A stretch of DNA of 64,000 nucleotides from Oscillatoria sp. FACHB-1406 (GTDB lineage Bacteria > Cyanobacteriota > Cyanobacteriia > Cyanobacteriales > Spirulinaceae). The number at the start of each line of letters is the position of its first letter. Within the stretch, counting starts at the first letter, position 1. The stretch spans positions 344,633 through 408,632 of the forward strand of contig NZ_JACJSM010000001.1 in NCBI RefSeq assembly GCF_014698145.1, in the 5' to 3' direction. A model generated the notes under the pieces. That model saw nothing but the letters and a program-made list of their open reading frames with translations, made no database searches and was not told where the DNA came from. Shown piece by piece: positions 39,079-48,945 of this stretch. A program made the translations under genes and the position numbers.

Positions 39079-40362
39079 ATGTCTTTGGTTAGTTTGCCCG
39101 GTTTAAAAGAAATGATCGATGAAATTAGTAAAGGGCATAATTTACCTAAATCCGCCGTACAAGAAGCCTTGCGAGAAGCCTTACTCAAAGGTTACGAACG
39201 CTTCCGCCGCTCCCAACAACTCAGCAGTCGCCAGCCCTTCAGCGAAGATTATTTCGACAACTTTGAAGTCGAACTCGATACCGAAGAAGAAGGCTTTCGC
39301 ATTCTCAGCAAAAAACTGATTGTCGAAGAAATTGCCAATACCGACCATCACATTGCCCTAAAAGACGTACAGCAGGTGACTTCAGAAGCCCAAGTCGGCG
39401 ATTCGGTAATCCTCGATGTCACCCCAGAACAAAAAGACTTCGGGCGCATGGCTGCCATTCAAACCAAGCAAGTCCTGCTGCAAAAACTGCGCGACCAACA
39501 GCGCAAGATCGTGCAAGAACAGTTTAAGGATTTGGAAGGAACTGTTTTAACCGCGCGGGTTTTGCGTTTCGAGCGGCAATCGATCGTTATGGCCGTCAGC
39601 AGCGGTTTCGGACAGCCAGAAGTCGAAGCCGAACTGCCCAAACGCGAACAACTCCCCAACGATAATTATCGCGTTAACGCCACATTTAAAGTGTTCCTCA
39701 AAAAAGTGCGCGACGGGCTGAGTCGGGGACCGCAATTGATTGTCTCGCGCGCTGCTGCGGGTTTGGTGGTGTATTTATTCGCCAACGAAGTGCCGGAAAT
39801 CGAAGATGAAGTGGTGCGGATTGTCGCGGTTGCCCGGGAAGCAAATCCGCCCTCGCGTCACGTCGGTCCGAGAACGAAAATCGCGGTCGATACTTTAGAG
39901 CGGGATGTGGATCCCGTCGGCGCTTGCATCGGTGCGCGGGGATCGCGCATTCAAGCGGTGGTTAACGAACTGCGAGGCGAAAAAATCGATGCGATTCGCT
40001 GGTCGCCAGATCCCGCGAGTTATATCGCCAACGCTCTCAGTCCGGCGCAAGTCGATCGCGTTGTGCTAGTCGAACCCGAGGAACATCAAGCGTTGGTTCT
40101 CGTCCCAGAAAATCAATTGAGTTTGGCGATTGGCAAGGAAGGTCAAAACGTGCGCTTGGCAGCCCGCTTGACGGGTTGGAAAATTGATATCAAAGATAGT
40201 GCGAAATATCAAGAACAGCCCGAGGAGGATCGGAACGAATCGGTAGCGAGGGAAGAGGAAAGCCGTTTAGAATTAGAAGAGGTAGAGAACCGACTTGAAG
40301 GGGAAATCCCCGAAGGGCTAGAACCTGAATCTGAGGACTCCGAAGCAGCGATTGACGATTAA
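39079..40362 (+). CDS. nusA: Transcription termination/antitermination factor NusA
   Basis: S1 and KH domains are present. It lies in the rimP-nusA-infB context. Confidence 0.9.
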   Translation: MSLVSLPGLKEMIDEISKGHNLPKSAVQEALREALLKGYERFRRSQQLSSRQPFSEDYFDNFEVELDTEEEGFRILSKKLIVEEIANTDHHIALKDVQQVTSEAQVGDSVILDVTPEQKDFGRMAAIQTKQVLLQKLRDQQRKIVQEQFKDLEGTVLTARVLRFERQSIVMAVSSGFGQPEVEAELPKREQLPNDNYRVNATFKVFLKKVRDGLSRGPQLIVSRAAAGLVVYLFANEVPEIEDEVVRIVAVAREANPPSRHVGPRTKIAVDTLERDVDPVGACIGARGSRIQAVVNELRGEKIDAIRWSPDPASYIANALSPAQVDRVVLVEPEEHQALVLVPENQLSLAIGKEGQNVRLAARLTGWKIDIKDSAKYQEQPEEDRNESVAREEESRLELEEVENRLEGEIPEGLEPESEDSEAAIDD

Positions 40363-40363
40363 A

Positions 40364-40657
40364 ATGGGAGAATCCCAAGCGAAACAACCTAACGCGCGCC
40401 GCTGCATTAGCTGCCGCAAAGTCGCCCCGAAAGATGCCTTTTGGCGAGTTGTGCGAGTCTATCCATCGCGAACGGTACAATTAGATTGGGGTATGGGACG
40501 GTCTGCTTATCTGTGTGCTACCGAGTCCTGCCTGAAAGCAGCCAGACACAAAAATCGCCTGGGGCGAGCGTTAAAAACCGCAATCCCCGAAACGATTTAT
40601 CAAAGCTTGGAACTGCGCCTCGGCGCGGGCGCTCTAAGCGCTCCCCCGAAAGAATAA
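40364..40657 (+). CDS. ylxR: YlxR-family (DUF448) RNA-binding protein. ATG is 2 nt after the nusA stop; the track lists a TTG start at 40352.
   Basis: RRCISCRK…AYLC motif. It takes the canonical position between nusA and infB. Confidence 0.65.
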   Translation: MGESQAKQPNARRCISCRKVAPKDAFWRVVRVYPSRTVQLDWGMGRSAYLCATESCLKAARHKNRLGRALKTAIPETIYQSLELRLGAGALSAPPKE

Positions 40658-40859
40658 AGAAAAAGTAGAATATTCCAACAAAATTTAGAGGTAGACTGGT
40701 AACGCGAGCGCTGGGCAGCGATCGAAGCGATCGCCCTTTTTCCCTCCCCCACCCAACGAAAATCATTACATTAAAAGTGAATCTTCAACAAAAAACACCC
40801 AAGACAAACCCTCAAAAACAACCCAAACTCAAACTTATAGGTCAAACGGGGCATACTGG

Positions 40860-43800
40860 ATGAACGCAGGAAAAACGAGAATTTACGAGCTATCTAAAGA
40901 ATTGAACCGAGATAACAAAGATATTTTGGAAATTTGCGAACGGCTTAACATTGCCGTAAAAAGTCACAGCAGTACCATTGACGATGCCCAAGTCGAACGG
41001 ATTCGGGCAGAAGCAAAACGCTATCCTCACAAAGCACCAAGCGGTGTGGGGTCGAGCGATTCCGTAGGAAACCGCCCAGCAGCGCGGGGTAACGAACGAA
41101 ACCCCGAACCCGCCCGCGAACTCCGCAAACCCCAAATTCGAGAAATCTTGAAATCAACGACCCCTCCCTCTTCCCAAGCATCGGCTCCCACCCCCCCAAA
41201 ATCTATGGTGCAAGCTGCTCGACCGCGATCGCCGCTCGAACCTAGCAAGTCGGTCGAGGAGGCGCTCGAACCTTTAGAAACCCCCAACCGCGAAGACAAG
41301 CCCTGGGAGGGCGAAACCGACTCGGATTTCGCCGCTTCGCCCGAACCGGAAGCGTCCTCGCCGCAATTGCTATCGCCGCCGCCGCGCGGTGCGAAATCTC
41401 CGGATTTCACCAAAGTTAGCGCGATCGAGAAACCGATCCTCAGCAAACCGAAGAAAAAGGTGAAACCGGGCGAAGCCCGGAGCAGCAGTCCTGCCCCCCG
41501 CCCCTCTGCCGGAACAGAAGGAAAAACGCCCGTCAAACCAGCAGCGCCCGTGAAAGGTTCGGGGAAAGGCCCTGCTCTGGGAGCCAGACCCAAACCCCCC
41601 AACGCGCCGAAACTCGATGCGACCTTAGCCCCCCCGCCGGAACGAACGGTTCCGACTCCCGACGACGAGTTAGAGGAAGAAACCTTACTACTCGATCCGC
41701 CGACCGAAAAACCCAAACTCAAGCGCCCAACTCCCCCGCGCGCCTTCAAACGCGATGCCGAATGGGAAGATGAGGAAGAAGAAGGGGCAGACGGTAAAGG
41801 CAAAGTCGGTAAAGCAGGCAAGCTAGCCGGTAAAGGGAAGCGTCGCAGCACGATGCTCGAAGATGAAGAGGAAGATCTAGAAGAACTCCAAACTCAGCTT
41901 CAGAGTCAAAGTTCGGTCAGTATTTCCATTGCTCGCCCGCCCAAGCCCGCAGCAATGCAGGCTGCCGAACAAGCAACGGTAGCCGCTAAGAAAGCCAGAA
42001 AAGCGACTCCTAAAACCGGAGATAGTAGTTCCAGCCGCAATAAGACTCGCGAACGACAAACGGCGAAAGTTGCGCCGACTACGCCCGATCGCATCGTCTT
42101 GCCGGAAAGTCTGACCGTGCGCGAATTAGCCGAACGACTCTACATCTCTGAAAATGATGTAATTACCAAGCTCTTCATGCAGGGGATTGGGGTAAAAATC
42201 ACCCAAACCATCGACCTGGCGACAGCGAAACTCGTCACCGACGAACTGGGCGTGACGGTTGAAGCTCAGCAGGCCGAAAAATCTGCCGCTGCGAAAACGG
42301 AGATGATTGAAGAGCGAGATCTTGAAAGTCTCCAGCGCCGTCCGCCTGTTGTTACGATTATGGGTCACGTCGATCACGGTAAAACAACCCTGCTCGACTC
42401 GATTCGCAAAACCAAAGTCGCTCAAGGCGAAGCGGGCGGAATCACCCAGCATATCGGCGCGTACCACGTTGATGTCGAACACAACGGTCAAACCGAGCAA
42501 GTGGTGTTTCTGGATACGCCCGGTCACGAAGCGTTCACGGCGATGCGCGCGCGCGGCGCTCGGATTACCGACATTGCCATTTTGGTGGTGGCAGCAGACG
42601 ACGGCGTGCAACCGCAGACGCGGGAAGCGATCAGCCACGCGAAAGCTGCCGGAGTGCCGATTATTGTTGCGATTAACAAAATCGACAAGCCCGACTCCAA
42701 TCCCGATCGCGTCATGCAGGAGTTGACCGAACTCCAACTCGTTCCCGAAGAATGGGGCGGCGAGACGATTATGGTTCCCGTGAGCGCAATGACGGGCGAG
42801 AACCTCGATACGCTCTTGGAGATGATTCTGCTGGTAGCGGAAGTCGAACAACTCGAAGCCAACCCCGATCGCAACGGAAAAGGTACGGTCATTGAAGCCC
42901 ACCTCGATAAAGCGAAAGGTCCGGTGGCAACGCTATTGATTCAAAACGGCAGCCTGCGCGTCGGCGATATCGTCGTAGCCGGTTCGACGTTTGGGAAGAT
43001 TCGCGCCGCGATCGACGATCGCGGAAACCGGGTTGAAGACGCTACGCCATCCTTTGCCGTTGAAATCTTGGGACTCAACGACGTACCCTTAGCTGGGGAC
43101 GAATTTGAAGCCTTCGACAACGAAAAACAAGCTCGAGAGCTAGCCGAATCGCGAGCGATGGCGATTCGCGAAACTCGCCTAACCAGCGCCCCCGGTCGCG
43201 TCAGCTTGAGCAGTTTGTCCGCCCAAGCCCAAGAAGGAACCCTCAAGGAACTGAATTTGATTGTCAAAGCCGACGTGCAAGGCTCGGTCGAAGCACTCCT
43301 CGGCGCGCTCAAGCAGCTTCCTCAAGGCGAAGTCCAAGTCAGCGTCTTATTTGCCGCTCCCGGCGAAATCACCGAGACCGATGTGGACTTTGCCGCAGCG
43401 AGTAGCGCGGTTATTGTCGGTTTCAACACCGCTCTCGGTAGCGGCGCGCGTCAAGCCGCCGATCGCGCTGGCGTAGACATTCGCGAGTACAACATCATCT
43501 ACAACCTCCTCGACGACGTACAAGCGGCGATGGAAGGTCTCCTCGAACCAGAAGAAGTGGAAGAATACCTCGGTACTGCCGAAGTTCGCCAAGTCTTCAA
43601 CATTGGAAAAGGATCCGTAGCCGGGTGTTACGTGCAGTCCGGGCGTATCGTCCGCAACCGTCGCATCCGCGTCCGTCGCGGTAACGAGGTCATTCATGAA
43701 GGCACTCTCGACTCCCTCAAGCGCGAGAAGGAGAATACCACTGAAGTTAAAGCCGGTTTTGAATGCGGAATTGGCACGGCTAAGTTCAATGAGTGGAAAG

Positions 43801-43862
43801 AAGGCGATCTGATTGAGGTTCACCAAATGATTCTCAAGCGCCGCACGCTGTCAGTTAAATAG
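40860..43862 (+). CDS. infB: Translation initiation factor IF-2
   Basis: G-domain motifs [24 protein letters not shown] and NKID are present. N-terminal Pro/Ala-rich region. 1000 aa. Confidence 0.95.
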   Translation: MNAGKTRIYELSKELNRDNKDILEICERLNIAVKSHSSTIDDAQVERIRAEAKRYPHKAPSGVGSSDSVGNRPAARGNERNPEPARELRKPQIREILKSTTPPSSQASAPTPPKSMVQAARPRSPLEPSKSVEEALEPLETPNREDKPWEGETDSDFAASPEPEASSPQLLSPPPRGAKSPDFTKVSAIEKPILSKPKKKVKPGEARSSSPAPRPSAGTEGKTPVKPAAPVKGSGKGPALGARPKPPNAPKLDATLAPPPERTVPTPDDELEEETLLLDPPTEKPKLKRPTPPRAFKRDAEWEDEEEEGADGKGKVGKAGKLAGKGKRRSTMLEDEEEDLEELQTQLQSQSSVSISIARPPKPAAMQAAEQATVAAKKARKATPKTGDSSSSRNKTRERQTAKVAPTTPDRIVLPESLTVRELAERLYISENDVITKLFMQGIGVKITQTIDLATAKLVTDELGVTVEAQQAEKSAAAKTEMIEERDLESLQRRPPVVTIMGHVDHGKTTLLDSIRKTKVAQGEAGGITQHIGAYHVDVEHNGQTEQVVFLDTPGHEAFTAMRARGARITDIAILVVAADDGVQPQTREAISHAKAAGVPIIVAINKIDKPDSNPDRVMQELTELQLVPEEWGGETIMVPVSAMTGENLDTLLEMILLVAEVEQLEANPDRNGKGTVIEAHLDKAKGPVATLLIQNGSLRVGDIVVAGSTFGKIRAAIDDRGNRVEDATPSFAVEILGLNDVPLAGDEFEAFDNEKQARELAESRAMAIRETRLTSAPGRVSLSSLSAQAQEGTLKELNLIVKADVQGSVEALLGALKQLPQGEVQVSVLFAAPGEITETDVDFAAASSAVIVGFNTALGSGARQAADRAGVDIREYNIIYNLLDDVQAAMEGLLEPEEVEEYLGTAEVRQVFNIGKGSVAGCYVQSGRIVRNRRIRVRRGNEVIHEGTLDSLKREKENTTEVKAGFECGIGTAKFNEWKEGDLIEVHQMILKRRTLSVK

Positions 43863-43887
43863 GGTGGAGATCGCCAGATCGATATCG

Positions 43888-43919
43888 AGCGCGGCGAGGC
43901 AAAAAAACCTCGCCGCGCT
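43888..43919 (+). terminator. Intrinsic terminator hairpin GCGCGGCGAGG-CAAAAAAAC-CCTCGCCGCGC, 26 nt after the infB stop
   Basis: Perfect 11-bp GC-rich stem. The downstream T tract is weak (TGTTACTGAAGCGTTTT). Confidence 0.5.
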
Positions 43920-44134
43920 GTTACTGAAGCGTTTTGCAATCTAGTTTACATAACGTTAGAAAAAATTAAGTTATCCTAGGAGTTGAAGAGCAAAATTCAA
44001 TTTATTAACGCTTCCCGCACTTGCCAACAGGGTAGAGAAACCCAACCCTCTAACCCGGTTTTGGGTAAAAGATGGGTTAAGAAGTCGAGGAAAGATTACT
44101 CTTTAGGATAAATCCATTTTTTGGAGGTAATGTC

Positions 44135-44341
44135 GTGCCAAATCCATGCCCAACATCCGCAACCCCTTTTTCTGAAGAGGATCGGCAAATCTGGGAAAAT
44201 TTAAAACGCGCGATCGCGTCGAGTTCTGGCTTTCAACGCTGGCAAATCGAACAACAATTAAAGGACAGTCCGGCGGTATCCGGCTCGGATTCCCTGATTC
44301 GCCTCTACTTGCGCGAAACTTTGGAAACTTTAGCGTATTAG
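44135..44341 (+). CDS. Small hypothetical protein, 68 aa, GTG start
   Basis: GGAGG lies 6 nt upstream of GTG. No motif recognised. Confidence 0.35.
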   Translation: MPNPCPTSATPFSEEDRQIWENLKRAIASSSGFQRWQIEQQLKDSPAVSGSDSLIRLYLRETLETLAY

Positions 44342-44459
44342 TCGCGGACTCTCAATTCATTACTCAGAAAAACTTGACAAAATAGACGGTTCATGCTCAG
44401 ATGGGCAGATGAGGGAGGCTTTCGAGCGCTCCCTTTAACATTGTCAAAATTTCCCGAGT

Positions 44460-44684
44460 TTAATCGCCCATTCCACCGCCCACAATCGTCACAATTTCCA
44501 AGCGATCGCGCTCTTGTACCGTCGTCCCTTCCCAATACTGCCGGTGTAGAATTTCTCCGTTATATTCCACTGCAATCAAACGCGGATTTAACCCCAAACG
44601 TTCCAGCAATTGCGGTAAAGAAAGCCCCGGCGGACAGCGGAACGGTTCGCCATTCACTTGCAAGGTAATTTCAGAATCAGCCAT
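44460..44684 (-). CDS. thiS: Sulfur-carrier protein ThiS (thiamine biosynthesis). It overlaps thiE by 8 nt.
   Basis: 74 aa, ubiquitin-like (ITLQVNGEPF…IVTIVGGG). The Gly-Gly is followed by MGD before the stop. Confidence 0.55.
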   Translation of the reverse strand: MADSEITLQVNGEPFRCPPGLSLPQLLERLGLNPRLIAVEYNGEILHRQYWEGTTVQERDRLEIVTIVGGGMGD

Positions 44685-45750
44685 GAACTTGCGGATTTCC
44701 CTCTAAGCGTAGTACCTTATGTTTTCGAGTGAGTTGCGAGAGTAGGTATTGAGCGACGAGCGTCGGTTGTTCGGCTTCCATAATGGCACGAACGATCGCC
44801 ACTCGCTCCCCCCCCGCAGCAATCACCTCGTGAATATTTTTCGGGTCGATACCGCCAATCGCAAACCAAGGAACCGTTGCATTTTCGGCAGCGTAACGAA
44901 CGTAATCGAGGCCTGCCGCAGTTTTACCCGGTTTCGTGGGCGTAGCGTAAACCGGCCCAACGCCGATATAATCTGCCCCTTCAGTAATCGCGCCTTGCAT
45001 TTCTTCGGGGTTAGTAGTGGAACGTCCGATAATACGTTGGGAGCCGAGTAATTGCCGCGCCAAGGCGATAGGAGCATCCTGCTGACCGAGGTGTACGCCG
45101 TCCGCATCCACAGCGAGGGCAAGATCGATGCGATCGTTGACCAAAAATAGCGCGCCGTAATTGTGGCACAATTGGCAGAGACGATGGGCATTTTCAACGC
45201 GATCGCGATCGTCCGCCTCCTTATCGCGGTACTGCACCACATTCACGCCGCCCTGCAACGCCGCTTCCACCACCCCAAACAAATAGTCGTGGGGCGAAGT
45301 CACCAAATACAACAACCCCTCCTCTAACTGCTGATGGCGCTGGCGAGACAATAACTGACTTTCCAGAACGTAAACCCGATAGCGCATTTGCTTGCAAGCC
45401 AGCCCCATGCGCGGTTCGTACAGCTTGCTATACTCCTCCAGAACCCGCAACGCCTCCTCAATGCGGCATAAATTTGCCTGCAACAACACCTCGATACTGT
45501 CGCGCTTTTCCTCCTGCGGGTGAGACAAATCCGTCCCCGGATCTCCGAGGGTATCCCGGGCATTCCGCAACTCCGGCGAATGCCAAGCCGCCAACTCTTG
45601 CCGCATTTCCTTGCATTCGCCCGTCAGTTGACGCTCGTTCAACCCAAACCGACACCACTCCTCAATAATCCGCAATCCCTCCCGCGCGCGGTCTAAATTT
45701 GCGTCTAAGATGCGGTAAATGACCTGTTGCTGACCGTTCTGCTCGCCCAT
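44677..45750 (-). CDS. thiE: Thiamine-phosphate synthase ThiE with a cyanobacterial-type N-terminal extension
   Basis: The C-terminal 210 aa carry TIM-barrel ThiE motifs (IQYRDKEADDRDRV, IGRSTTNPEE, GADYIGVGPVYATPTK, WFAIGGI). Confidence 0.75.
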   Translation of the reverse strand: MGEQNGQQQVIYRILDANLDRAREGLRIIEEWCRFGLNERQLTGECKEMRQELAAWHSPELRNARDTLGDPGTDLSHPQEEKRDSIEVLLQANLCRIEEALRVLEEYSKLYEPRMGLACKQMRYRVYVLESQLLSRQRHQQLEEGLLYLVTSPHDYLFGVVEAALQGGVNVVQYRDKEADDRDRVENAHRLCQLCHNYGALFLVNDRIDLALAVDADGVHLGQQDAPIALARQLLGSQRIIGRSTTNPEEMQGAITEGADYIGVGPVYATPTKPGKTAAGLDYVRYAAENATVPWFAIGGIDPKNIHEVIAAGGERVAIVRAIMEAEQPTLVAQYLLSQLTRKHKVLRLEGNPQVHG

Positions 45751-45888
45751 ACCCCTACTGCTCCGTACATCTATCCATATTAGGCGAAGACGGCTTCAGG
45801 GAAACACCGATCTCCCCCGCCCCCGTCTCCTCACAGTGCTATCTTTGCGCTACATTGAACTCCAACACTACTGGAAATTGGGGGAGAG

Positions 45889-46716
45889 ATGGCCAACGAG
45901 TTTTGGGATAACATTCTACAACTGACGCGAACCACGACCGAAGAAATTGGCAAGCAGTTAGTCAAAGATTTCGGACAAATTCAAGCCGTGCGCAAAGATG
46001 ATGGTTCGTTAGTGACGCAAGCCGATAAATGGGCAGATAAAGCACTTCGGGACGCAATCGCCGCCGCTTTCCCCGAACACGGGTTTTTGAGCGAAGAAAC
46101 GATTCACGTTTTTCCTGCGAACGATTGGTGTTGGATTATCGACCCCATCGACGGCACGACTAATTTTACGCGAGGCTTGCCCATTTGGGGCATTTCCCTC
46201 GGACTACTCTACCGAGGAACGCCCGTTTTCGGAGCCGTTTATTTTCCCCAAATCCAGCAATTTTTCCACGGATACTGGTATGGCGACTCCGGTTTAGAAG
46301 GGCCTACTGGCGCATTTCTCAACAATCGCCCCATTCATACCAGCCCCGACGAACCCAGTCTCAACCACCTCTTTAACCTCTGCGCGCGCAGTACCGATGT
46401 GGCGACTCGTCCCTTTCCCTGCAAAATGCGCCTGCTGGGCGTAGCGAGTTATAACTTGCTGCTGGTGGCTTGTGGCGCAGCGTTAGGAGGAATTGAAGCC
46501 ACGCCGAAGATTTGGGATATTGCCGCCGTTTACGCGATCTTACAGGCAGCGGGTGGGGCGTGGGTTTCTCTGAGCGACGAACCGATTTTCCCGCTACAAG
46601 TCGGACTCGATTACGGGCAGCATCCTTATCCAACCTTAGCAACCAGTCGCGCCGAACTCGTCCCAATTTTTAAACCGTTGGTAGAGCAAATCAGTCAACC
46701 CAAAGTGACTCGGTAG
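45889..46716 (+). CDS. Inositol monophosphatase family protein (SuhB/CysQ/HisN-like)
   Basis: Motifs FLSEET, WIIDPIDGTTNF and WDIAA. Confidence 0.75.
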   Translation: MANEFWDNILQLTRTTTEEIGKQLVKDFGQIQAVRKDDGSLVTQADKWADKALRDAIAAAFPEHGFLSEETIHVFPANDWCWIIDPIDGTTNFTRGLPIWGISLGLLYRGTPVFGAVYFPQIQQFFHGYWYGDSGLEGPTGAFLNNRPIHTSPDEPSLNHLFNLCARSTDVATRPFPCKMRLLGVASYNLLLVACGAALGGIEATPKIWDIAAVYAILQAAGGAWVSLSDEPIFPLQVGLDYGQHPYPTLATSRAELVPIFKPLVEQISQPKVTR

Positions 46717-46885
46717 TAAGTTGAGTTTCCTGTGGGTAGGGTAGTTAGAACCACTTACTTGCCAAAATTGGGCAACTGCTGCATAACAGAATAAGTAAGT
46801 ACAAAAGTCGAGTTTGAGCGAACTCTCGGCTATTTTGCTCTAATCTTACCTACATCAAATTATTATTGAGAGGAAATACTCGCGT

Positions 46886-48826
46886 ATGGGACTGCATAAA
46901 GGAGTTAATAAATATTTTGATGATGCGAAACTCGAGGCTGGAGTGTCTGAAAGCAGGAGCGAAAATCCCTGGCAATGGCGATGGCCGAATACAGCGGACT
47001 TCAACTTTAATTACTATAAGTTGCTGGAGGATAGTAAAAATAGCGCGATCGCGCGCAATACCAATCCCAATCTTCGGATTGCCATTATAGGAGCCGGAGT
47101 AGCTGGACTGACTGCCGCACGAGAATTGTTTCGTTGCGGCTATACAAAAATTGATATTTTTGAAGCGAGCGATCGGATCGGCGGGCGTACCTATTCTATC
47201 CCTGTTGAAGGACAAAAGACCGTTCTAGAAATGGGAGCGATGCGGATGCCGTTTTTTGACACACCGGGTAGTTGTAATAGCATTATTGATTATTACACCA
47301 CTCGTTTTGGCATTACCACCCAAAACTTTCCCGATCCGGGTTCTTCCGTAGCAGACACCGGAATTTTTATCAATAATGGGTACGGTCCCGATCTAGATTG
47401 TCCCTATCCTCAACCTCACCTCGATATTTGGCACAAAGAGGCAAAAGAACCGCCCAGCCCAAAATATGTGGCGGTCTATCAAAAATGGTCTAATTTTGCC
47501 AACATGGTAACAGAAGTTGCCAAGAAAAAATACAACACGCCACATTGGAAGGACTTTTGGCACGCAGTCGTCAATAACTACTGGGAGTATAACTTTCGAG
47601 AACTTGTCGTTCTTAAGGCAATTAAAACCTACCACCCCTGTCGAAAAGGATTTTTCGGCGGTTTAGGGATGAATGAAGAAGAAGCCGAGCTATTTTATAC
47701 AATTGGAGCAGGCGATGGATCTTGGGGCGCTTTTTACGATATTTCTTGTTTGTACCCAATTAGAACTTTGTTATTTGGATTTGGAAGCAATCATCAATTG
47801 ATTCAAGGAAAGTTCAATCCTGAAGGAGAATTTAGTCCAGGATCGGAGTACCAAAACTTACTTCAGGATAATCTCGGAAATCCCCTGGCTTCACCTCAGT
47901 ATCTCGGCGTGCAGTCCTTTGCCGAATGTTTATTTTTTGAACCCGTTGTTAGTAACTTAGTCGATCGAATTTCTCTATATCAAGCCACTCAAACAGAAAA
48001 ATACGACATCAATATTTATACTCGCAATCCCGTCCGTAATATTGAATATCTTCAGAGCAGCGATCGCTTAAAAATCATCTCGAAAAGCTTAGAGTGCGAA
48101 TACGAAGCAGCAATTCTTACACCTCCTACCTGGGCATCGCAACTGAGTTTCAACTTTTCTGAGTTCGATTTTAAAACTCAGCTTCCGTTTCAAGTATTGA
48201 ACAGCTTTAAAAACTCCCACTGGATAACCAGTTGTAAAGTATTTTTTCCTTTAAAACAACGTTATTGGGAGGTATCTAATATTCCGCAAATTATTAGTAC
48301 AGATACATATTTGCAAGGCGTTTATGGATACAGTCTCGATACTTCGGAGCGAGATGCTGGGGTTTTACTGGTTAGTTATACCTGGGAAGACGATGCTAAT
48401 AAATTTATCGCCGAAAGCGATGATGGTGCTTTTGCTAGACAATGTTTGCAAGAACTGGATGAGATTTTAGAGCGATGCAAAAACATCAACCGACCGATTT
48501 CTCCTTTCGTCGATACCGATAAACCTGCCGTCATTCATTGGTCGAGAAAACCCAATTATCGGGGCTGTGCAAAACTTTATCGAGAAATGACTTGGAATGA
48601 AGATTATGCTTTACTCAGATATAACCAGAATTTTAGCGATCGCTCTCATCTGTATTTTGCTGGGGAAGCATTTTCTGTCGAAGGAGGCTGGACAGAACCT
48701 GCTTTTCGTTCCGCATTAGACTCCGCAATCCACCTCATTAAAAATACAGGCGGTGAGTTTAACGGAGACTTTAACTACAGTCAATATCCCCAGTACGATA
48801 ACTGGAAGCCCATATCAAAATCTTAA
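46886..48826 (+). CDS. Flavin-containing amine oxidase / L-amino-acid-oxidase-family protein, 646 aa
   Basis: N-terminal dinucleotide-binding IAIIGAGVAGLTAARELF…IFEASDRIGGR is present. Large size, and lower GC than the genome background. Confidence 0.6.
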   Translation: MGLHKGVNKYFDDAKLEAGVSESRSENPWQWRWPNTADFNFNYYKLLEDSKNSAIARNTNPNLRIAIIGAGVAGLTAARELFRCGYTKIDIFEASDRIGGRTYSIPVEGQKTVLEMGAMRMPFFDTPGSCNSIIDYYTTRFGITTQNFPDPGSSVADTGIFINNGYGPDLDCPYPQPHLDIWHKEAKEPPSPKYVAVYQKWSNFANMVTEVAKKKYNTPHWKDFWHAVVNNYWEYNFRELVVLKAIKTYHPCRKGFFGGLGMNEEEAELFYTIGAGDGSWGAFYDISCLYPIRTLLFGFGSNHQLIQGKFNPEGEFSPGSEYQNLLQDNLGNPLASPQYLGVQSFAECLFFEPVVSNLVDRISLYQATQTEKYDINIYTRNPVRNIEYLQSSDRLKIISKSLECEYEAAILTPPTWASQLSFNFSEFDFKTQLPFQVLNSFKNSHWITSCKVFFPLKQRYWEVSNIPQIISTDTYLQGVYGYSLDTSERDAGVLLVSYTWEDDANKFIAESDDGAFARQCLQELDEILERCKNINRPISPFVDTDKPAVIHWSRKPNYRGCAKLYREMTWNEDYALLRYNQNFSDRSHLYFAGEAFSVEGGWTEPAFRSALDSAIHLIKNTGGEFNGDFNYSQYPQYDNWKPISKS

Positions 48827-48945
48827 CCATTTAAAGAGCGAAATCTAGCTTTTATCCCTTGAGTTATAAAGCTAGTAGAGTTAGTTTAGAAACTCTTAGA
48901 GTTTTTAAACTCTAACCATCGCCAAGGTAATTAGGACAAATTGAA

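Noticed and set aside
41027-42902. Several 120-275-aa minus-strand ORFs inside infB
   Set aside because: They are antisense to a highly conserved, well-supported gene. Their composition is driven by the Pro/Ala/Gly-rich IF-2 N-terminal region.
45751-45888. Possible TPP riboswitch upstream of thiE
   Set aside because: No CUGAGA core or conserved TPP-aptamer helices were found on either strand. TPP riboswitches in cyanobacteria usually precede thiC rather than thiE.
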